Assembly (NCBI GenBank): GCA_937889515.1
Contig: CALAOV010000342.1
Coordinates: forward strand, 3,993 to 67,992
From: an uncultured Myxococcales bacterium
GTDB lineage: Bacteria > Myxococcota_A > Polyangia > Fen-1088
Direction: 5' to 3'
Length of the DNA stretch: 64,000 nucleotides
Shown: piece by piece, positions 35,202-43,740 of the stretch
Position numbering within the stretch: the stretch's first letter is position 1
Layout: the number at the start of each line of letters is the position of its first letter
Position numbers and translations under genes: made by a program
Notes under the pieces: model-generated
Told to the model about the DNA's origin: nothing
The model's input: the letters and a program-made list of their open reading frames with translations, nothing else
The model's database searches: none

Positions 35202-36347
35202 TCAGAACGCCGGGACCGCTTGGGGAAGCACGAAGGGCGTCTCGGGCCGCCAGGGCACGAGATGCGCGCGAAACACGTCGTGGCCCGTCCGCAAGGTCCG
35301 GCGGACGATGCTCGCCCGCGACCGCTCGCGCGAGCAGTGAACGGCCCGCAGGCACGCCTCGAATAGGTTGTCGTCGAGCGCTCCATTGACGCCTTCCTCG
35401 ATCAGATCGATCGGGCCCGGCGCCGGCACCGAAGCCACCGGCAACCCAGAAGCGAGCGCTTCCAGGATCACGTTCCCGAACGTTTCGGTGCGTGAGGGAA
35501 AGACGAAGCAGTCGGCGCTGGCGAAGTGTGCCGACAGGTCCTCTCCGAAGCGGTACCCGCGCCACACGACGTCCGGGAAGCCACGCTGCAGCTGCTCCCG
35601 GGCGGGGCCATCCCCGACGACCACCTTGGTTCCCGGCAGCGGCAGCTTCAGAAAATCCTCCAGGCTCTTCTCGACGGCCACCCGGCCCACGTAGAGCCAG
35701 ATCGGTCCCGGGAGGGCATAGACGTCTTCGCGCCGGCGGTCGGGGTGAAAGCAGTCCGCGTCGACGCCACGGGGCCAGTGAATCAACCGGCGCCCGACCC
35801 GCCTGCCCTCCAGCTCCCGGAGCAGCGACATAGAGCTGACCAGGGTGTGCTCGGCCCGCCGGTGAAACCACCTCACCAGCTGGTATCCCCATTCGAGCGG
35901 CACCGGCGCCCGCGCGCTCAGATACTCCGGATAGCGGGTGTGGAAGCTGGTGGTGAAACGCAGCCCACGGTAGCGGAGCCAGGCGATCGTAGAAAACCCG
36001 AGGGGCCCCTCGGTGGCGACGTGGACCGCGTCGGGCTCGAACGCGCGGATCCGATCGATGGCTTTCCAGGGGTCGCAAGCCACGCGGATCTCGGGATACG
36101 ACGGACAGGGAATCGTGAGGTGGGCATCCGGCGACAGGACCAGCACCTCGACGCCCTGGGCTTCGAGATACTTCACCAGACGCACCAAGGTCTTGACCAC
36201 CCCGTTGGTCTGGGGCAACCAGGCGTCGGTCACCAGAGCCAACCTTCGCAACGTCGAGCCACCTCCACCGAGACGGCGGGCGTTGCGCCGCGCCCGGCCC
36301 GCGGGTGGTTCCCCAACCTCCTCGTATATCGGCTGTGCGAGTGCCAT
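35202..36347 (-). CDS. Glycosyltransferase family 4 (GT-B fold)
   Basis: LRRLALVTDAWLPQTNGVVKTLVRL and C-terminal ETFGNVILEALASGLPV (E-x7-E region). Confidence 0.8.
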   Translation of the reverse strand: MALAQPIYEEVGEPPAGRARRNARRLGGGGSTLRRLALVTDAWLPQTNGVVKTLVRLVKYLEAQGVEVLVLSPDAHLTIPCPSYPEIRVACDPWKAIDRIRAFEPDAVHVATEGPLGFSTIAWLRYRGLRFTTSFHTRYPEYLSARAPVPLEWGYQLVRWFHRRAEHTLVSSMSLLRELEGRRVGRRLIHWPRGVDADCFHPDRRREDVYALPGPIWLYVGRVAVEKSLEDFLKLPLPGTKVVVGDGPAREQLQRGFPDVVWRGYRFGEDLSAHFASADCFVFPSRTETFGNVILEALASGLPVASVPAPGPIDLIEEGVNGALDDNLFEACLRAVHCSRERSRASIVRRTLRTGHDVFRAHLVPWRPETPFVLPQAVPAF

Positions 36348-36748
36348 CGCTTACGTTCATAGGTACTCCTTCCATTCGTCGATCGCTCCAACGAGACGTC
36401 AACGACTCGGTGAAGGATTGCGCCGTTATCAATCGAATGTGAGTCGATTGTTACGAACGTGCAATCAACGGCGGCGTCGGGCCCGAAAATACGGGCGCAA
36501 TGCCCCCGCGCCGCCAGCAGCATCACCGACCAGTTAGCGCAACCGTGATCGATCCTGCCTGGCCGTGGCCCGCGAAGAGCTGCCCGGGGAGACCGATCGT
36601 CGGCCCCGCCACGTAGCCCTGGCCGCCAGCAACAAAACGTTGCGACAATGATACGTAGCAGTTTCGCGCCGATTTTCGGAACGCGGTATCAAGGAGAGAG
36701 AAATGTTCGGCGCGAACGAGGTGCGACCTAGCCGGCGTCCCCCCGTCG

Positions 36749-37882
36749 TTGGTGCCACCGTTGGATGAAAGCATCCTGGCCGATACGGCGGCGCCCGCCG
36801 CAGACGCGGGTACGCCTCCCACCGCCACGCGCCCGCGGCGGCTGATCCCGCTTTTGCGTTTCGGGCTCGCAGCGGCGGCCCTCTTCGCGCTCACCCGGCT
36901 CATTCATCCGGCCGACATTGCCCACGCCAAGGCCCTGGTCGCACGGGTCGGCTGGCCGCTGGCGCTGGTTCTGCTGCCGACGTTGTTCACCATGGCGATG
37001 GACGCGGCTGGCTGGCGCCTCATCCTCGCCGTTCTGGGTCGGCCCGTCCCCTGGCGCCGGATGCTGGAGCTCCGGCTCTCGGTCGAAGCCGTGGGGCTCG
37101 CGCTGCCGGGGGGATCGGTCGCCGCGGAGGCGATCAAGCTGGCGCTCCTCGACCGACGGCTCGGTGTCCCCATCGCCCCGGGCGGCGCCAGCCTGGCGCT
37201 GGGCAAGGCCTATCTCATCGGCGCCGAGGCCATCTACCTGGCGGTGGCGGCGGTCTGGTTGCTGCTCGGCCGGGGGACCGAGACCGGACAGACATCCGCG
37301 GCAGCCGGACCGGCGCTGGCAGCGGCGGGCGGCGCCCTTGTGACCACCCTGATCTCCGGGACGCTCCTGATTGCCCTCAGGCAGGCCACCTGGGTGAGCC
37401 GAATTGCGCGCGCGTTGATGGCGCTGCCGAGCGCGCCCTTGCGGCGCTGGATCGAAAGCCGCCAGAGCGGGATTCGCGCACTCGAGGGCGCGGCGCGCGA
37501 ATTTTTTCGGGCTTCGTTTGCGCGCCGGCTGCGCTGCTTCATTCCGTTCCTGTTCGAGTGGGTGGCCGAAGCCGTCGAGACCTGGCTCATCCTGCGCTGC
37601 CTCGCCGTCCCCTTGGGCCTGGGCGGAATCCTGGGCCTCGATGCGATCGGATCGCTGTTGCGGGCGCTGGTCTTCTTTCTGCCGGCCGGACTCGGCGTAC
37701 AGGACGCCGCCCAGGTGCTGGTGTTGAGCGCCCTCGGCGTTCCGGACGCGGTGGCGGTCGGTGCCGCCTTCATCTTCGTCAAACGATCGAAGGAGATCTT
37801 CTGGATCGCGGCGGGGGCGTTGTTCTTGGCGGTCCGAAGGGACCTGTGGCAGCGGACCGCCGACCAGCGCCCGGTGGTTTGA
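36749..37882 (+). CDS. Lysylphosphatidylglycerol-synthase TM-domain (UPF0104/flippase-like) membrane protein
   Basis: Multi-TM protein with the pattern RLIPLLRFGLAAAALFALTRL...LALVLLPTLFTMAMDAAGWRLIL...EAIKLALL, typical of the PF03706 flippase-like domain. No aminoacyl-transferase domain. The start is ambiguous (TTG 36749 or GTG 36752; see the out-of-frame SD+ATG at 36703). Confidence 0.65.
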   Translation: MVPPLDESILADTAAPAADAGTPPTATRPRRLIPLLRFGLAAAALFALTRLIHPADIAHAKALVARVGWPLALVLLPTLFTMAMDAAGWRLILAVLGRPVPWRRMLELRLSVEAVGLALPGGSVAAEAIKLALLDRRLGVPIAPGGASLALGKAYLIGAEAIYLAVAAVWLLLGRGTETGQTSAAAGPALAAAGGALVTTLISGTLLIALRQATWVSRIARALMALPSAPLRRWIESRQSGIRALEGAAREFFRASFARRLRCFIPFLFEWVAEAVETWLILRCLAVPLGLGGILGLDAIGSLLRALVFFLPAGLGVQDAAQVLVLSALGVPDAVAVGAAFIFVKRSKEIFWIAAGALFLAVRRDLWQRTADQRPVV

Positions 37883-37984
37883 GGCCGCCGCCGGCCGCAA
37901 GGCGGCCCTCTCGCGGGCAGTTTGCTCAGCTGTAACCACACCGACACCAATCCGTCTGGACCGGGGTTGTAGTCTGTCGCCCCG

Positions 37985-39244
37985 ATGGAGATGCGCGTTA
38001 CCCACCGAGGCCTTCTGTCGTCGATCTGGCTGATCTTGCCGGGCCTGCTGGCACCGGCAGCCGGTCGCGCCGCACCGGAGCTGCTGCTGGCACCCCGAAG
38101 CCCGTCGGCCAGCGTGGCGCAGACAGTCGGCATCACGACCATCACGGTCGACTACAACAGCCCCGCGGTGGCGGGTCGAGCGATCTGGGAAGCCGTCGCG
38201 CCGCCCGGGGTCCCCTGGCGACCGGGCGAAGGCCCGGTTCCCAAGATCACCTTCAGTCGCGACGTGGTGTTCGCGGGCACCGCCGTCTCCGCGGGCAGTT
38301 ATGCCCTGCTCGCGATTCCCTCGGCGACCGATTGGATCGTCATCCTGAACCGGGACACCCAGCTGACCGCCATGGCCGACTACCGCCCCACCCGGGACGT
38401 CGTGCGCGGCGTCGCCCCGGTGCAGCCGGTGCCGCACCGGGAACGGTTGACCTTCCTGTTCGCCGACTTCTCCGACGAGGAAGCATCCCTCGCTCTCGAA
38501 TGGGGCGACCGTCGAATCTGCATTCCGATCCGGGTCCACACCACCGAGCAGATCGAGAGCGCCATCCAGGCGCTGGACGACGGGTGGCGCTGGTACGCGG
38601 ACGCGGCGGTTTACTCGCTCGAGACCAAGAAGGACTACGAGGGCGGTCTGCGGTTCATCGACAAGTCGCTGGTCCTCACGGAGAACTGGCAAAATCTCTG
38701 GATCAAGGCGTCTCTGCTGGCGGCGACGGGAAACTACCCGGAAGCGCACCAGGCGGCCGATCGCGCCTATCAGATGGGTCGAAAAGAGGGCAACGCCTTC
38801 ACCATCGAATCGAAGGTGCAAGCGGCGCTGGCCTCGTGGAACCGTCCGGCCATCGGCGACCCGCCCGCGCCCTCGCCGCCGGAGCTGACGGACACAGCCC
38901 TCCCCGAGCGTCCGGTCCAGGTGCACGGATCGAACCGCTCGACGGCACTGCTCAGGGCCCCCAGAGCGGCGGAGATCGGCCCGCGCATCAAGAGAGGCAG
39001 GCCGGAGCTCCAGACCTGCTATCAGCGCGCGCTCCGGCAGGACCCGACGCTGACCCGCGGGCGAATCGCCGTCTCCGTCGACATCGGCACTTCGGGGATC
39101 GTCAAGAAGGTGGTTCTCGATCCTCCGCATGTCTCGGGTGGGCTCGATGGATGCATCACGGACACGGTCTCGCGCTGGGTGTTTCCGCTCTCGCCGGTGG
39201 AGTACGCCGCCGAGTTTCCCGTCGTGCTGCGCGGCAAGGACTAG
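37985..39244 (+). CDS. Secreted protein: N-terminal DUF2911-like beta domain + TPR-like region + C-terminal AgmX/PglI-like Cys-containing domain (tentative)
   Basis: Signal peptide. VGITTITVDYNSPAVAGRAIWEAVAPPGVPWRPGE resembles DUF2911. The C-terminus ELQTCYQRALRQDPTLTRGRIAVSVDIGTSGIVKKVVL...GCITDTV has the conserved Cys pair of a myxobacterial C-terminal domain. Confidence 0.5.
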   Translation: MEMRVTHRGLLSSIWLILPGLLAPAAGRAAPELLLAPRSPSASVAQTVGITTITVDYNSPAVAGRAIWEAVAPPGVPWRPGEGPVPKITFSRDVVFAGTAVSAGSYALLAIPSATDWIVILNRDTQLTAMADYRPTRDVVRGVAPVQPVPHRERLTFLFADFSDEEASLALEWGDRRICIPIRVHTTEQIESAIQALDDGWRWYADAAVYSLETKKDYEGGLRFIDKSLVLTENWQNLWIKASLLAATGNYPEAHQAADRAYQMGRKEGNAFTIESKVQAALASWNRPAIGDPPAPSPPELTDTALPERPVQVHGSNRSTALLRAPRAAEIGPRIKRGRPELQTCYQRALRQDPTLTRGRIAVSVDIGTSGIVKKVVLDPPHVSGGLDGCITDTVSRWVFPLSPVEYAAEFPVVLRGKD

Positions 39245-39320
39245 GTCCGTCCGGGCGAGGACACTTGAAACGGCGTCCGACGCGGCGCATGCCTACGGGC
39301 TTCAACCCGAAAGGACCGTC

Positions 39321-39875
39321 ATGAAAACGATGCTCGCTCTGACGCTTTCCCTCCTCAGCCTGGCCGGTCTGGCCGCCGCCGCGGAACCCGCCGCGCCAAC
39401 CAAGGCGGCCGCCGACGCCGCCGCCGCGCCGAAGCTCCCCGCCCGCTCCAAGATCGACTGGGAGAAGATGAACGACGGTCAGCGCAAGAAGTACATGAAG
39501 GCCACGGTGCTGCCCGAGATGAAGAAGCTCTTCGTGGCCTTCGACAAGAAATACAAGAGCATGAGCTGCCAGACCTGCCACGGCAGCAAAGCGGCCGAGA
39601 CCAAGTTCAAGATGCCCGGCGGCGAGCTGCCCAAGCTACCGCAAGCGACCGATCGCCCGGGGTTCATGGCGCTGGCGCAGAAGAAGCCAGAGGCGGCGAA
39701 GTTCATGGGCACGCAGGTCAAGCCGGCGATGGCCGCGCTCCTCAACCTCGACGAGTCGAACCCGACCAACCCCAAGGGCTTCGGCTGCTACTCGTGCCAC
39801 ACGGCCGAGGGCGCACCGACCCCCGCGGCAGCCCCGGCAGCCCCGGCCGCCAAACCCGCCGGCGGCGGCTGGTAG
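39321..39875 (+). CDS. Small secreted di-haem c-type cytochrome
   Basis: ATG with AAAGGAC upstream. Signal peptide MKTMLALTLSLLSLAGLAAAA. Two CxxCH motifs (CQTCHG, CYSCHT). Pro/Ala-rich C-terminal tail. Confidence 0.75.
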   Translation: MKTMLALTLSLLSLAGLAAAAEPAAPTKAAADAAAAPKLPARSKIDWEKMNDGQRKKYMKATVLPEMKKLFVAFDKKYKSMSCQTCHGSKAAETKFKMPGGELPKLPQATDRPGFMALAQKKPEAAKFMGTQVKPAMAALLNLDESNPTNPKGFGCYSCHTAEGAPTPAAAPAAPAAKPAGGGW

Positions 39876-39890
39876 ACCCGGACGTTCCGA

Positions 39891-39924
39891 CCGGCGCGGT
39901 CGCGCTCAACAGCGACCGCGCCGG
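39891..39924. terminator. Perfect 13-bp GC hairpin between convergent genes (bidirectional terminator candidate)
   Basis: CCGGCGCGGTCGC-gctcaaca-GCGACCGCGCCGG. No U-tract. Confidence 0.45.
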
Positions 39925-39943
39925 ACAGGGCGCCCGACTAACG

Positions 39944-41776
39944 TCAGTACGACAGCCCGAAGCCGTACGGAAAAAGCGGATCGGTGCTGGCGTCGCCGTC
40001 ATTGATCGGAATCTGCGTCAGCTCCCGCGGCCAGCTGTGCGAGAGCTTGCCGGTCGGCTTGAAATCGCCGGTCAGGACGTCGGCCACCCCCTCCCCTTCG
40101 CTTCCGGGGAGCCAGGCGACGACCACCGCGTCCGCGTGCTTGAAGATCGAGGCGACCAGCAGCGGCCGCCCCGTGAGCAACACGACCACCACGGGCTTGC
40201 CCGCCGCCTGGGCGTCGACCACCAGAGCCTCGTCTGCCTTGGTCAGCTCCGGGATGTTGCGATCGCCCCGCCCCTCGGCATAGGGCTCCTCGCCCACCAC
40301 GACGACGTTGACGTCCGCGCGCGCCGCCTCCGGTCCGACCTCGTCGCCCGAAAATGTCACCGCGGCGGGCGTGGTGGCCGCGCTCCGGATTGCTTCGAGG
40401 ATGGTCGTGCCGGCGGTCGTGCGGCCGCGCTTGCCCTGCCACCCGACGGTCCAGCCGCCGCACTGGGCGCCGATGTCGTCGGCCTTGGCGCCGACCACGT
40501 TGATGCGGGCCGCCTTCGACAGCGGCAAAACGCGTCGATCGTTCTGGAGGAGCACCAGGCTCTCGCGAACCGCCTGGCGCGCGATCTCCCGGTGCGGCCT
40601 CGAACCAATCGCCGCGGTCAATCGCCGATCGGTGAAGGGATGCTCCCACAGTCCGAACCGCGCCTTCTGGCGGAGGATGCGGCGGACGGCGTCGTCGACG
40701 CGGGCGATCGGAATGCGACCGGCCGCCACCAGCTCCCTCATCGTCGTGATGAAGTCGCGGAAGTTCGTCGGCACCATCACCATGTCGATGCCGGCGTTGA
40801 TGCTGGTCTCGACCTGCTGTGAATAGTCGCCCGGAAGCTTGTTGATCGCCTCCCAGTCGGTGACCACGAAGCCGGTGAAGCCGAGCTCGCCCTTGAGGAC
40901 GTCGGTGATGAGCCGCCGGTTGGCGTGCATGGGCGTGCCGTTCCAGCTGCTGTAGGAGACCATGACCGATCCGACCCCGGCGGCAATGGCCGCCGCGTAG
41001 CCGGGCAGATGAATCGCGCGCAGCTCGGCCTCGGAGATCACGGCATCCCCCTGGTCTTTGCCGAACATCGTGCCGCCGTCGGCCAGGAAGTGCTTGGCGC
41101 AGGCGAGGACGCCGCCGCCGCTGTCGGTCTCGCCGACCTTGGGCGTCGCCTGTTGCAGCCCGCGCACCACCGCCGGCCCCATCAGGGCCGCGAGCGCGGG
41201 CGTCTCGCCGAACCCCTCGTAGGTGCGCCCCCAACGTTCGTCGCGCGGCACGGCGATGCAGGGCGAGAAGGCCCAGCGCGCACCCGCGCCCGTCACCTCC
41301 AGCGCCGTCGTGCGCGCGACGCTCTCGACCAAAGCGGGATCGCGGGTGCAGCCGAGGCCGATGTTGTGGGGAAAGATCACGGCGCCCCGGACGCCGCCCA
41401 TCCCGTGGACCGCGTCGGTGCCGTAGAGGATCGGAATCGCCAGGCGGGTGGCCAGGGCGGCGGTTTGAAAGACGTCGATCGAGTCGGCCCACACGGCCGG
41501 CTGGTTGGGCGTCGGCAACGACTCGCCCCCGTTCAGGATCGATCCCAGAAAGAAGTCGGTGATGTCGCCGGGCGAGGCGATCGCCGTGCGGTCGATCTGG
41601 GTCATCTGCCCGATCTTCTCGTCCAGCGTCATGCGCGCCAGCAGCGCCTCGAGGTCGGGCGCCGGGGAGCCCCTCTGGGCGGGCAGAGAGACAGACGCCG
41701 GCGGCGCGGGCGGGGGCAGACCCGCGCAACCGAACGCCACGGCGAGCCCAAAGAGCGAGAGACCTCGATGAATCAC
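39944..41776 (-). CDS. bglX: Periplasmic beta-glucosidase, GH3 (BglX-like) lipoprotein
   Basis: Lipobox AVAFGC. The motif LDEKIGQMTQIDRTAIASPGDITDFFLGSILNGGES and the catalytic-region GFVVTDWEAI are GH3 signatures. Confidence 0.85.
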   Translation of the reverse strand: MIHRGLSLFGLAVAFGCAGLPPPAPPASVSLPAQRGSPAPDLEALLARMTLDEKIGQMTQIDRTAIASPGDITDFFLGSILNGGESLPTPNQPAVWADSIDVFQTAALATRLAIPILYGTDAVHGMGGVRGAVIFPHNIGLGCTRDPALVESVARTTALEVTGAGARWAFSPCIAVPRDERWGRTYEGFGETPALAALMGPAVVRGLQQATPKVGETDSGGGVLACAKHFLADGGTMFGKDQGDAVISEAELRAIHLPGYAAAIAAGVGSVMVSYSSWNGTPMHANRRLITDVLKGELGFTGFVVTDWEAINKLPGDYSQQVETSINAGIDMVMVPTNFRDFITTMRELVAAGRIPIARVDDAVRRILRQKARFGLWEHPFTDRRLTAAIGSRPHREIARQAVRESLVLLQNDRRVLPLSKAARINVVGAKADDIGAQCGGWTVGWQGKRGRTTAGTTILEAIRSAATTPAAVTFSGDEVGPEAARADVNVVVVGEEPYAEGRGDRNIPELTKADEALVVDAQAAGKPVVVVLLTGRPLLVASIFKHADAVVVAWLPGSEGEGVADVLTGDFKPTGKLSHSWPRELTQIPINDGDASTDPLFPYGFGLSY

Positions 41777-41831
41777 GCGGGGACCATATTCGGATCGACC
41801 GGCCAGCGCGAGGTCCGACCAGGATTCTGAC

Positions 41832-41849
41832 TAGTATCATTTGATACTA
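41832..41849. promoter_or_regulatory. AT-rich perfect palindrome TAGTATCA-ttt-GATACTA directly upstream of fic (operator candidate)
   Basis: 8-bp perfect inverted arms with a 2-nt spacer, 15-30 bp upstream of the fic start. It stands out in a ~70% GC background. Confidence 0.45.
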
Positions 41850-41863
41850 TCGTCTTGCCGTCG

Positions 41864-42844
41864 ATGAAACCGCCGTTTCGAATCACACCGCGTATCTTGA
41901 CGCTCTCCACCGACATCGCACGGTTGGTCGGACGCTGCGAAGGGCTGAGCGGGACACAGCCGCAACCGCAACTCCGACGCCAGAACCGAATTCGAACCGT
42001 GCAGGGATCGGTCGCTATCGAGGGCAACACCCTCTCGCTCGACCAGATCACGGCGATTCTGGACCAGAAGACCGTCCGGGGTCCCCGCCGCGAGGTCACC
42101 GAGGTGCGCAATGCGATAGCGGCCTACGATCGGGCCGCCGCCTGGCGGGGAGGCGCGATGCGAGATCTGCTGGCCGCCCATGGTGTCATGATGGCTGGCC
42201 TCGTGACCGATGCGGGTCGCTGGCGATCGCGGGACATCGGGGTCATTCGCGGCTCGAAGGTGGGCCACGTGGCTCCGCGCGCCGGGCGTGTCCCCGAACT
42301 GATGCGGGGCCTGTTTTCGTTCTTGGCGCGCGATCGGGCCACACCCACGATCGTGAAGGCCTGCGTGTTTCACTACGAGCTGGAATTCATCCATCCCTTC
42401 AGCGATGGGAATGGCCGCCTGGGACGCCTCTGGCAACACGTCATCTTGCTGGGCGAGAGTCCGGCCTTCGCGAACGTGCCAACCGAATCTGTCATCAAGC
42501 GGCGCCAGGGCGACTACTACGCGACCCTCGCGACGTGCGATCGCGCCGGGGACTCGACCTCCTTCGTCGAGCTCATGCTCGACGCCCTGCTGGAGGCGCT
42601 GGCCGAGCTCGCCTCCGAGCTTCGCCCGGCGGCGCCCGACGCGGGCGAGCGGCTCGCGGCGGCGGGCCGGCATTTCGGCGACGCTGTATTTTCGCGCAAG
42701 GACTACTTGGCGCTACATCGAGGGATCGGAGCGGCCACCGCCAGTCGGGACCTTCGCCGCGGCGTCGATCTCGCCCAGCTGAGGGTCACCGGCGAGCGCG
42801 CAACGGCGAGATACCGCTTCCGCGGTCGCGGGCGGGCCTCGTGA
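41864..42844 (+). CDS. fic: Fic-family protein (AMPylase), class II with N-terminal inhibitory motif
   Basis: Fic motif HPFSDGNGRLGR (HxFx[DE]GNGRxxR). The N-terminal SVAIEGN matches the [ST]xxxE[GN] auto-inhibitory helix motif. Confidence 0.85.
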   Translation: MKPPFRITPRILTLSTDIARLVGRCEGLSGTQPQPQLRRQNRIRTVQGSVAIEGNTLSLDQITAILDQKTVRGPRREVTEVRNAIAAYDRAAAWRGGAMRDLLAAHGVMMAGLVTDAGRWRSRDIGVIRGSKVGHVAPRAGRVPELMRGLFSFLARDRATPTIVKACVFHYELEFIHPFSDGNGRLGRLWQHVILLGESPAFANVPTESVIKRRQGDYYATLATCDRAGDSTSFVELMLDALLEALAELASELRPAAPDAGERLAAAGRHFGDAVFSRKDYLALHRGIGAATASRDLRRGVDLAQLRVTGERATARYRFRGRGRAS

Positions 42845-42900
42845 TACCGCCTGCGTGGCGGAGGAGTCGAAACTCCAATCGGCTCGCCTCCGCACCTCGA

Positions 42901-43740
42901 TCAACGTTGGTGGTCGCGCGCGGCCTCCGCCTCCTGGACTGCCTGGCCAGCGCGCTCCGACTCGAGCCGCGCCCGGCGGAGACGATCCTCCGCTTCGCTC
43001 AACGCCTGCCGCGCGGTCTCGACGTCCCGCTCCCCTTTCTCCAGCGTTCGACGCGCCCGATCGGCTTCGTCCCGCAGCGCGCGGCTCCGACGTTCCGCGT
43101 CCGCCCGCGCGCGGACGCGCTCCGCCTCCGCCCGGGCCCGTGTCTTCGCCTCTTCGGTCGCGCGGGCCGCGACTTCCCGAGATCCGAGGTCGGTATTCCG
43201 CGGCGCGGTCGGCGGCGCGGCGGTCCCCAAATCGGACGGCGGCCCGAGCAGGCTCAGGAAGTCCTCGTCCCCGACATCCTGAATCAGCCGCCCGGACTCG
43301 ATCGTCTGGCGAATCTCCTCGCTGGCCATGCCGACCCGCAGGTTCCGCACGACGCGCTCGAGGATCTGCGGACGCGCCGCCTGTCCCGATGCGACCAGGA
43401 TCTCTTCGGCGCGGGCGCGGAGGCGTTTGAGCGCATCGCGGTGCGCCGCCATCGCCTCCGCGGTGTCGTCGCCCCGCTCGGCGCCCGCGACCGGCCGCTG
43501 CGCCCCCCGCAGACGGGCGGTGGTCTCGGCGAACAGCCTGAGAAGCGGCGCTTCCTGCCGCGCGAGCTGATTGACGATCCAGGCCGACACGCTGGGCCGC
43601 TGGATCTTCTGGACCTCCTTGGCTTCCTTCGCTTGCCCGGCGGCCTTGAGCGCATCGGACAAGAGCTTGCGCTCCGGGACGAACGTCTTGAGCGACGCGG
43701 CAAACAGTCGATCGAGATCCAGTGGCACCGGTCCGCTCAC
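42901..43740 (-). CDS. Coiled-coil hypothetical protein (Arg/Glu/Ala-rich C-terminus)
   Basis: The GTG at 43740 overlaps the TGA of the upstream BNR gene (GTGA). The C-terminal 100 aa are highly charged heptad-like (RARAEAERVRARADAERRSRALRDEADRARR...). Confidence 0.5.
   Translation of the reverse strand: MSGPVPLDLDRLFAASLKTFVPERKLLSDALKAAGQAKEAKEVQKIQRPSVSAWIVNQLARQEAPLLRLFAETTARLRGAQRPVAGAERGDDTAEAMAAHRDALKRLRARAEEILVASGQAARPQILERVVRNLRVGMASEEIRQTIESGRLIQDVGDEDFLSLLGPPSDLGTAAPPTAPRNTDLGSREVAARATEEAKTRARAEAERVRARADAERRSRALRDEADRARRTLEKGERDVETARQALSEAEDRLRRARLESERAGQAVQEAEAARDHQR

Noticed and set aside
39999-41840. 613-aa minus-strand ORF in alternative frame to bglX
   Set aside because: bglX is supported by GH3 motifs in the other frame. 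This translation is Arg/Gly-rich.
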